Shown here piece by piece: positions 45,258 through 56,581 of a DNA stretch of 64,000 nucleotides; position 1 is the stretch's first letter, and each line of letters begins with the position of its first letter. Source of the DNA: Paraspadella gotoi (Eukaryota; Animalia; Chaetognatha); the NCBI GenBank assembly GCA_051294375.1, contig CM119271.1:3193061-3257060 (forward strand), in the 5' to 3' direction. A program made the translations under genes and the position numbers. The notes beneath the pieces are model-generated. The model had not been told where the DNA came from and did no database searches. It saw nothing but the letters and a program-made list of their open reading frames with translations.

Positions 45258-48200
45258 TGCATAATTTATCATAATTCGATGTTCTGATATGATTTAAATG
45301 ATTTACCGACAAGATTTATGGGTGGTACCGACGGACCGACAAAGTGGATTATAGAGTTGGAATCTGCTGATAAGCAGATCCGACTAAAAAACGATATTTT
45401 TTGGACAATCTGCTACATCTGCTTCAATCAAAACCTAATCAAATAGATTCCTCATTAAAATTATACAATTTTTAAAAACTAATATAATTTTAAATATAAG
45501 AATGGGCAGTTCTGGGAAAATAAGGCAAATTCTTTTACAGCTTTATTAATTCAATTTTTTTGCAACTAAATTATAAATTTATAATTTAAAAAAAAAATTA
45601 TATTTCCAACATAGCGCACGGACCCTGTCTTTGCCGTTAGTGTTTTTTTTTCTCTTTTTGTTTTGTTGTTTTGTTTTTTTTTGCGCCAAGAGCGACTCTC
45701 CGTCAAAACTCGATTGTCGATCGAAATGATTTAAAAAGAAATACTTTGTATTCTTTATATCTGGGGACGCGTTCGAAAATATCTTATTCTTTTAAATTTT
45801 ATAATGAGTCAGAAAAATTCCCTCAGTCAAAGTTCCTTTCAAGTAATAATATGAAGTGTTTCGGTTTTTTTGGTTTTTTTTTGCGGGAAGTACGAAAAAA
45901 AGGAATTAAAAAAGGAGTAAGAAAAAAAAAGTTAAATATTTAGGTTCTTCTTATTAAACTGAAGAAAAATATATTATTGAACCTTAAAGCATAACTCTAT
46001 GATAAATCGTTGCCGTGCCATATCGAGTCCAAACTGGATCGACGACAATTCTCGTAAATCTTTAAACATGGCCCAGAAATCCCGATCCTGGATGAAAATT
46101 AATTCGTTCTTTTAACCAAGCTTTCTTTTTTCCCGCCATTTGTTTAAAAATCTGTTAAAATGTTGATATGTCGAGAATTTGAGGTGATTTGTACACTAGT
46201 ACACTCGAAATACTTTAGTTTAACTCCATGAACTTAGAAAACCAAACGCTAAAATTTTGCAAGGCAGCATTGTCGCGCAAACAAAAAATCTGGGCGAGAA
46301 TACTCGGAATTTACCGTTTTACACATGCCATTTCTCGCTAACGTGTTGAACGAATTCTCAGAAATGAAAAAGTATTGAGTTTCATTCTAATTCGGAGAGT
46401 CGTTAATACTTTGTTAACTTTACACTGACGATTAATCTGCCGGTAGCCATCAAAAGCTTTCTTTTATGAAATTGGTACAACCAATATAAAAATTATCCAT
46501 CCATTTAATAAATAAGCTATCTTGTCCCTGACTTTGGACAGGCTTTGGTGGTTTAAGGCCTCCATCACACTTGCAAGATAATAACATAACAGGTTTCTGC
46601 AAGCTTTTAATCAAGCCTCTCTCACAGACTTGTTTATTCACTCCCAATGAACCTGGCTTCCCTATCAATGAAGTGGTATAATATTTCAAAGAATGTTTCA
46701 ATTGTATGAAAAGACCACTCCCTTAAGTATTAGATCGGGGAATACTATATGTACTCCGCACTAGCATCACTAGCATATCTACGAATCTTTTTATATAAAA
46801 ATCAGAAGACGTTTGAATTATTATTTTTTTTTTACAACGATTTTATTGTATTAAAACGTACCTGTTTCGGGGACATTCAGGCACAGTTTACTCTTCACTT
46901 TTCCTCCTCCTCCTCCTCCTCCTCCCGGAGATCCAGGTGCGAGTCAAGGGTTTTAGGTTTCTCATTCACGCTCTTTCTCTGTTTCCCCTCTCACCAGAAT
47001 TCTCCCGTTCAGTTATAATTTTGGTTCTTTTTCTCTCACCGATTTAGTCGCTAACCAATATATATTCTCATTTTTCTCCACCTCACCTTTACTTACCGTC
47101 AGTTAGAGTCAGACTTACCCGACCTCGATATTATTTATTATATTACTTCCTTTCTGCTGCGCAATAACTTATCGAACTTAATTTTTAAGTGTTTAATGTT
47201 GAACTTTCGACAGCTGATAAATTCATTATATAGATAAAACTGTTTTATTCTTGTGAGAATGACTCATTAGTCATTACCGTTAAGAAAAAGGGTCATTCAA
47301 TTCAACTTCAAATAGGCCAAAATGGAGTACAAATTCAGAAAGCTGAGCTCCTGACGATTCCGAAAATGTATTCACTTTAAACATTTGATGCATTCTACCC
47401 CATTTTATATCGGTTTTAATTATAATATAAAATAAAAGAAACCTATCTGAAGAGTTGCAGGTCAAACGAAAAGGCCAATCCATCTGATATTTCTTATGAA
47501 TTTTTTATTACTGAATTAGAAAAATGTAATAGAGAGACATTTTTAAATTTCAACTTGTATCCTTGAAAATGAAACATTTTTAAACTTTAACCCTGAATTC
47601 TTTCTAACTGGAACGCGTTTATCAAAATGTCTCTCTATTACATTTTTACAAATGTTATTAAGATTGCTAATCACATTTTTAATTCAAAATTATTGAAGTC
47701 GTTTAGGCTGCAACTCTTCAAATTCAGTGTAGATTCATTGTAGCTCGAATTTCTTTACCATCTATTTAACTGAAGATTTTGTTCATGACTGGAAAACCAA
47801 CAGAGTAACGAGATTAATTGTTTAATTCTCCCCTTCTAAACTAACCCATACCGTGTTTTAACTTCTTACCTAGAATTTTTTAACAACCAGATTGAAAAAC
47901 AAATCTTTAAAAAATGTGCTTACCCATTTAACTTAACAATTTTGTTATTTACCCATTTAAAAAAAATGATTAAAAACAGATTGTTTACATATAAATAAAA
48001 ACTTTTTTTTTTGTAATTACTGATGATTATAATGTATTTCTCGATATATTAGCTCTAATACATTCAATGATTACGTATTGTTATGCTGAATGACCTTTCC
48101 TCTTAAATGAGTATTATTAGGTCAATGGGATTCCCCGACGAAATTGAAAGATGCTGATGAAATAATTACCTTCGAGCATCACGTTTCTAAGAGTTACTAA

Positions 48201-48499
48201 CGGATATGACGGAAGCCTTTAATTAGCGACTACAGCGGCACTTGATAACGACGTCTTTTTTCCTAAACTCAGGTCGGTAATGATATTCCTGGTATTTATT
48301 TAACTAAAATTTTAATTGATTAAACAGAAAGAGTGATTGTAAATTTGATATTCAATGTATCAGCTCGAAGCCAAAAAAAAAAAAACATTGGGAAGGTTAA
48401 TTTAATTTTTCACGACACGATCGGTGCTATCACTAGTTTAAAGTGCAAAAATCTACGCATTATTTAAATTATTAAAATTAAATAACGATGAGGAATTCT

Positions 48500-51400
48500 T
48501 TATTTCTTCGTCTTTTTCTTTGACTTTGATTTCTTCTTGACGGAACTAAAAAAAAAGAATGTTAAATTTGTACATCTTTACATTAAAGTACAATCGTAGA
48601 AGAGTTTCTTTTTTTTTTAGCAAAATATAATTCTTTCTTCTTCTCTTTTTAGTTTATCTTTTTCTGTTTTTATTTATTAATATGTACTTAATTTTTTTAA
48701 ATTTATTTTTTTAATTTTCTCTTTTATTAAATTTTTTAATATATTTTTTATTTTTATAATTCATACGTACATATTTTGTTTATTTATTAATCCCACCTTT
48801 CCGCGATGGGCCCCAATTTTCCTATCTGGGCCTTCGGTGGCATCTGTCGATCGAAATAAAGCTGCGGTGACTCCGGCGTCTTGGGCCTCTCAAAACCGGC
48901 GCCGGAACCGTTTTCCGGCGACGACGCCATCTCGGCGTCACCCAACGAAACCGTGATTAGCGGCGCCGTGGACGGCGACGCCGGTTTGGAGGCGTCGTCG
49001 AATCGCGGGACGCCTGGAGGCGTGGAATCGGCGTCTTTGCCGGAAGTTGACTTTTCGTGGACGCGGGTGACGGTCATCGTGGACACGTCGTCCGCGGATG
49101 GAAGGATCTCATTCTCGGATTCGCGTCTGAAAAGAGAGAGTGTGTCATCGCTCGTTACAATATTCGGAAATGTCGATAATGAATACAACTCGATTTAAAA
49201 TTCTATTAGTAATAAAATAGTAATAATGATGTAGTATTACGTGATGACGAGTAAGGATTCGGTTCAAAACCGACATTTAATTACGTTAGACGGGGAAATC
49301 TTCGGGATTTAATCTATTCCATAGTGTGTTAGTTTTAATGTTTCCTTCAAAGTATAATTTAATCGAGACATGCTTAAAATAACTTCGAGACTCCGTGTCA
49401 TTTGTTACTCATTACTTTTTTGAATTTCCGAACAAGGAGACTTCGTCAGAGGGCGCTGGGCTGGGCGATCGTTTGGCTGTTGAAAAAAAACAAAAAAAAA
49501 AAAACACATCATAATGACTCGACAATATTTAGTTGCGCCGCGAGGGCTCTCTTTTCCAAAAGCGCCCCATTTTTGTTTCTTAATCCCTAATACAATTTTT
49601 CCCAATTGTACTGTCGGTTAACTTTGATATATTATGCGGATCTGTGTTATTAAATGTTATTTCTAAGATAACAATGTCAAAGAGAAGTTCTTACCATTTA
49701 TGATATTTTATTTCGAATTCAATTTTTATCAATTTTTCTTTGCAGAACATTTAATTTAAATGAGTCCTCATTTTTCACTTTTTTTAATTTTTAGATAATT
49801 TTTATTATTTCAAAATAAATTTTATTAAAAAAATTATATAAAAAATATTTATTGAAGTAATCCTTTCTTTTTCGAAGTCGAAACATGTCTGTTCAACTAT
49901 AAATAAAATTCGTTGCAAACAAAAACTTTGTCAATTCTCTAATAAAAAATATTTTAAATAGATATAAATTATTTAAGTTTTAATTTGTATAAAATAAATA
50001 TAAAGAAATAAACAAATATTAAAAAAAATAGAAAAATTGTTAAAGATATATTAATTAATTTGATAATTAAATTGTATTATTTGAAGCTGTGAGCGATTGA
50101 ATCATTAAGCCAGAACAAAATGGTTGCTATTTCTTCAATAAATTATTATAAAATCAATAAAAAAGTACTCTGAACAAGGTATGTAGATAATTTTAAAAAT
50201 AATGATTACTGCATTATAAAAGCTCTGGAGCTAAAAATATGAGGTAGTTTCTTACTGTCCTGCATCTAAAGAAAAGATTTAATGTTAGGGGGCGAATCCC
50301 GCGTACCCCCTAACGGGTAGTGATGAGTGTGGGGTGACCAAAGGAGGGTCACTAAAAGTCAAGGCGTGGCAGAATGTCTCGTTCCAACCAGGGAATGATT
50401 GATCACGGGCGGCTGCGCATTGACAGTGCACCCTGGAATCTACACTGTAATAGATCAGAAGAGAAACACAATGATCAAGAACCACATAACCTATCAGTAA
50501 CCCAACACCTCTCCTATAATCATTAATAACTCATGATAGCTGGAAAGGAAAGACATCGAATAACAAATATCAATCAATGAATAATAAATTAATAGACACG
50601 TGGTAAAACGTTTTATTTGTTAATGAATTAATATCCAAATGAATAAAAGTCCGATGATGAATCTTCACGAAAGTTTCTTCCCGACATTAAAAAATTATTT
50701 AATCAATATTAGAAAAAAATATTTGATAAATATTAAAAAATATATTATTTAATAATTTTTTTTAAAAAATCACTGAAAATTTTTTTTTACTAATTGCTTA
50801 ATGTAATAACTACAGGAGTTTGCTTTGTTCAATATTTAAAATTTAGGTATCCTATAAAATGGTCCATACTTGTGCACATATTCATTATAATGAATTAAAG
50901 TTTTTCGATCTGGTATAGGAGCAGTAAGCGTTTCTTAACCGACAGTACCATTTGGACACACTGTACTAGCAAGAAATTTGTAATACCGCAGCCCACAGTC
51001 TTCCGACCCGCGTTCTAATACAATACAATAAAACACATTTTATTTCTTCCTTCATTTTCCCGCACGAACCTTTATTCTTTTTCCACAAGACGACGACGAC
51101 GAAAAAGACGACGACGACGGCGAGAAGAACGGCGACGACGATCCCGGCGATTAGACCGGGTCCTGGGTCAGTCGGGGCCTGTATAAGAGAGAGAGAGAGA
51201 GAGAGAGAGAAACTGTAAACATCACATCACATCACATCACAACAAATCTTTAAAAAATGTGCTTACCCATTTAACTTAACAATTTGTTATTTACCCATTT
51301 AAAAAAAATGATTAAAAACAGATTGTTTACATATAAATAAAAACTTTTTTTTTTGTAATTACTGATGATTATAATGTATTTCTCGATATATTAGCTCTAA

Positions 51401-54400
51401 TACATCAATGATTACGTATTGTTATGCTGAATGACCTTTCCTCTTAAATGAGTATTATTAGGTCAATGGGATTCCCCGACGAAATTGAAAGATGCTGATG
51501 AAATAATTACCTTCGAGCATCACGTTTCTAAGAGTTACTAACGGATATGACGGAAGCCTTTAATTAGCGACTACAGCGGCACTTGATAACGACGTCTTTT
51601 TTCCTAAACTCAGGTCGGTAATGATATTCCTGGTATTTATTTAACTAAAATTTTAATTGATTAAACAGAAAGAGTGATTGTAAATTTGATATTCAATGTA
51701 TCAGCTCGAAGCCAAAAAAAAAAAACATTGGGAAGGTTAATTTAATTTTTCACGACACGATCGGTGCTATCACTAGTTTAAAGTGCAAAAATCTACGCAT
51801 TATTTAAATTATTAAAATTAAATAACGATGAGGAATTCTTTATTTCTTCGTCTTTTTCTTTGACTTTGATTTCTTCTTGACTAGAGAGAGAGAAACTGTA
51901 AACATCACATTTCGAACATCATATATACAATTGTACAACTTTCTTTCAAAAAAAAAAACAAAAAACAAAGAAAAAAAACCCACCAACTCTGGCGCGTAGG
52001 TGGTGGTTACGGTGGGCGTGCCGGCGACCACCCTTCCGTCGACCCAGAGGACGGGATCTGCCGTCAGTCCAGCGGAATCGAGGCTGAAGTTTCCCGCGAC
52101 GACGACTCGAAGAAGTTGATCGCGGAAGGCGAAGACAGAAAGAGACGGACCGACCACGTCGAAGATAGCGTCGATGGAGCCTTATGGGAGGGAACGGAAT
52201 TAAATTGTTGTTTTTGTTTCTGTTGTTGTTTTTATTGACGTTATTTTTGTTTTCGCTGTTTTAGCTGTTGTTTTTTCGTTGTTGTTGTTTTTTTTTTGCT
52301 GTTAGTTTTATTGCGTTAGTGGTTTTTTGTTGTTAGTGTTGTTGTTTTGGTCTTAGTTGTTTTTGTTTCGGTTTTCGTTCTTTTGGTAGTAGTTGTTTCG
52401 ACATTTTTAGGTTCCATTTTTTGTCATTTGACTTAAAATCCTCTTTCGCTGTTCAACGTGCATTGTTCTTTTGTTTAACCTCTGTTCATTCGCGACGCCG
52501 CCGCTTTCGCTTCACCTGCGACGAACTCGATATTCTCGACGGTGACGTCACTAGCGATGTTTTTGTAGAGATGATTGTAGAGTTCGACCTCCAGCGCCAC
52601 CAATCTATCTTCGAATTGAGAAAAATCCGCCAGGAAGCGAATCTTTGGGGGGAAAACAAAAGGGCAAAATGCGCGATTTAATCTTTAGAATTTTTTATAA
52701 GATTAGCCTAAACCCAGGAATACGGATAGGGATGGTGGCGCCAATCGTCATGACGTGAAAAATTACAAAAGCTGTTTTCATTAATTTTCCTTCTTTACAT
52801 TTGCTAAAATAACAAGAAGCCGCCAAGGTCTTGTCCTGTCCCTCTAGTAAGACTCGACCTTACCTTGAAGGTGAGTGAAGCGAGATCGATCCTCCGATAA
52901 TTCGGCGCTCGAACTGTAACGGCGATGTCTTGAGTTAAGGTCCAATCTTCGGGAAAACTCGTCGCCGTCAGCGTGAGGACGTATCTTGATTAAAGGACAT
53001 TAAATTGAAATACATAGAGAATAAATCAATCATTAAAATTTAAATGTATTACTGATTGTACTGACTGCAGAATAATAATGCTTTTTTTAAACTTGAAAAT
53101 AAAAGATTGTAAAAATCAGATTTTTTTTTAAAAAATCCCTTTGATTTTGAATCAAATGATTAAAATATTTAGAAAAATAGAAAAATTTCAAGCCATCAAA
53201 TACTGTTATTTTCGTTGGATTTGTTTATAAACTATCTTACTTTGACAAAACTAATCTAACCTACTACTCCACACAATATAATAATTTTCGGTACAATGTA
53301 TAATAGATACATACTGTTAGACAGAACATCAACAATGAAGATTAAACTACGAACCTGCCGCCGGAAGTGAACCCGACGTCGTTAAAAACGGCCCTGGCCG
53401 AAGACGCGTTGACGGAGACGTGACGAGTCCCGTTGACCAGAAATCCCAAGTGAGACAATCCCGACTTGAGAGAGAGGGAGGCCGTCCAATTGTGACCCTT
53501 CCATCCTGAGGAAGAGAAGAGGGATGGGAAGAGACGGTGGACAGAAAATTTATAATTATTTGACAGCGGCAGAGATCGCGCGTGATGTTTCGAGGGGGGG
53601 GGGAGCGGGACATATCACGGGTTGGCATTAGTCATTTCAGACCCTCAGTGGTTGCCTTGTAAAACTGGCGCGCTTTGAATAGTATCGGAACGCAGGGTTG
53701 GGAGACTGCGTTATAAATTGGCCGAATGCAGGCGACACAACAACAAAAAAAAAATCATATCATTCTAATCTAATCTATGAATAAATTCAATCAATCACTC
53801 ATCGATGATTAATGAATGACGAGACAACAGCAAGGATCGCATCACCGATGTCGAAGGCCGGCTCGACGAACTGCTTCCCGAGCGCATCGACTTGAGCCGA
53901 GTCCGCGACGACGAACTCCAAGTCTCGCGTCTCCGTCTCGCGGAATTCCACGAAGGGCAGAGAGTAGTTGATAGAGGCGACGATTCGAAAGTCGCGAGGA
54001 GTCACGGTTATCGGATTCGAAATCACCTGTCGTAAAGTTAATTCGAAAAGGCGAAATGCTTAATTGGAAATTAATCTGGTGGAAGGAAACTTGATTATAA
54101 TTTTGTATTTTATATTAACTTTTTTTTAAAAAAAATCGGTGGCTTTTTGTTTGTGAAACGGAAACTTATCGTCGCGCTATCTATCGAACATTCGCAACAA
54201 AAAAAAAAAACAAAAAAAAAACAGCTAAGCTTCTAATGAGTTGTTGCGAGTGTCAGTGTCGCCTGTAGGCTGAAGCCGAGGATTATTATTAATTAGAAAA
54301 CGCGATAAAAATTACCTAAAAATAGTATATAATATCCTTAAAATCTAACCGGATCGAGCGAATGATTGGACGGTTTGACGATTTCGAATCGAAGGGCGTA

Positions 54401-55489
54401 ACCAGATCCGGCGTGAGAGATGGCGAGATCTTCGAAGGTGGCGACGCCGAGTCTGAAGGGAACTTCGAAGGCGCCGATCAACGTCGCCGCGGCGTCGCTT
54501 TCGTTGGCGAGAATCAAGGCGGCGCTGACGCGCCAGGGTGAGTAAATGCTGCCGAGCAGATCTACCCATTCGTCCTCGTTATCTTTGACTCTTTAAAAAG
54601 GGGAAGAAGATGGAGGGTTAAGAATTAATTAAAATTAGATTATAATTTATAAATTTGTATGTGTTAATGCATATAAATGTTTAACAAGGTTTTACGATCA
54701 AAAAAATAAATAATGAATATAATGGCAAACTTACCTCAATTTTGCGGAGATTTTCATGGGCGCACCTTCGGAAGATTCTCCCGGTTCTTCCGTCAACACC
54801 ATCAATTTTGGAATTCTGATGCTCAAAAACTGTGACGGTTCTGTTATATTATAATTTATATATATGTCAATATTACGCTGCATTGAGCAATTGTTTTCCG
54901 CAAGCATCGTTTCAAGCCTCATTTGAATATTATAACATTTTTTTTTCAAACGTGTGGTTGTGGACGAACAACTACAACACGCAACCTCGGTCAAACCATT
55001 TGACCTTAGTCCTTACTATACAATGACCGACCTGTGACGTTTTGACTCGTAAGATCTTCCCACTCTTGAGATCCCGGCTCTGGAGGCGGTTCCGCCACGG
55101 CAATTCCGGAAATGGTCGTGTTCAGACTCGCGGCCAAAGAGTCCGTCAGCGCCCCGCTTTGGAAGCCGTCGACGACGGTCGTCGAAAGGTTCTGCGTTCG
55201 AGACACGAAGAATTAAATTTATTTTAAAAAAGAAAAATTGAGAAAAAGGGCAAACCTTAAGTTTTTGGAAACCGAGAAGAGGTTTTTCTGTCGAGTCGGG
55301 AGAGGGCGTCGTTGTCGTCGTTATCACTCTGGAGTTAAAAAAATAGACGATTTGAGGATTAAATAATGAAAATAATTATTAATAATTATCAATTACGTAG
55401 CATTAACAAATTGAAAATACATGAAAAACAAGAAGGTATTTCCAGATAAATATAAAAGTACTCAGATTAATTTATCACTGGTATGTCTC

Positions 55490-55577
<88 letters not shown>

Positions 55578-55768
55578 TCCACACCCGGGCAGAGGCGCTG
55601 TCGGCTGCGCCCCCGGCGGGGCGGTCGTGCCCGGCGGGTCGCCGATCTCGATCTTGATCGTCTCTTTGTCGTCGGCGGCGTCGCGGCGTCTGCGGCGTCT
55701 GCGGCGTCGGCTGGTTTCCGGGACGGAGTCGACGTAGTGTATGTTATCGGAGGAAATGCCTTGTGAGT

Positions 55769-55812
<44 letters not shown>

Positions 55813-56538
55813 CTAAGTTAATGAGTGAAAGAGAGGATGACAGACAGACAAATATTCAAACAGACCAAGACGGACCGGTAAATATACAGAGAGATGAAAG
55901 AGAAAGGTATAGTGAGAAAGACAGAGAGACAGGCAGACGGACAAAGACACGGACCATAAGAGAGACATTAAGAGGGCGAAAAAAAAAAGATAAAAAGACA
56001 AAAAAGAAAACTCAAAAGGAGTCTAGCCCTTCCCTCCACCGCCGCACCCAAAAAGGTGGCAGATTGCTGACGATGTTTTCGCCGAAGAATTCGTCACGGT
56101 CATGGCGGGGACGTCGAAGGCGATGACGACCAGCGGCGACGTCACGATGTCGAGGTAATCGGCAGCGGCGGCGGAGGCGGCGCCGCGGAGCAGACCCATT
56201 GGACGCGGTTGTCTTCGTCGAACCAGTTGGCGCCTGGCGGAGGAGGAGGAAGAGGAGGAGGAAAGTTTTGTAGTGAAATTATTAACTTATTATTTATATT
56301 ATTAATTAATAACTTAATTTGTAAAAAGTCGGTTAAATTTAAATTCGGTACCCATTCGAAGATTTAAATGGTTTACAATATTGATAAACCATAGACAATC
56401 AATCAATCCCTTAAGAAACTTTGTCCCTTTCTGGTGAAAATCATGACCGACCCTAGCAATCTTAAAGCTTAAATGTTAAAAATAAATTTGTCTTCATTAT
56501 TTTTGAATCAATTAAATGAAAAATTCCCGGGCGATAGC

Positions 56539-56581
<43 letters not shown>

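Larger units (their letters stand above)
42935..45390 (-). mobile_element. Second family-A HINE-like element, inverted, with nested insertions
   Basis: Both ends and the internal units match 38670-39572 in reverse. It is interrupted by an LTR fragment and a Penelope-like insertion. Confidence 0.65.
47898..51880. repeat. ~640-bp direct duplication: about 47898-48540 copied at about 51241-51880
   Basis: Near-identical sequence containing most of the PKHD1L1 last coding exon and its 3' flank. Confidence 0.93.

Noticed and set aside
46450-46701. 83-aa ORF, possible transposase remnant
   Set aside because: No motif I can assign; too short to call.
56030-56233. Frameshifts in a PKHD1L1 exon suggesting a pseudogene
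   Set aside because: The other exons are intact and indel noise is common in this assembly, so these are more likely consensus errors.
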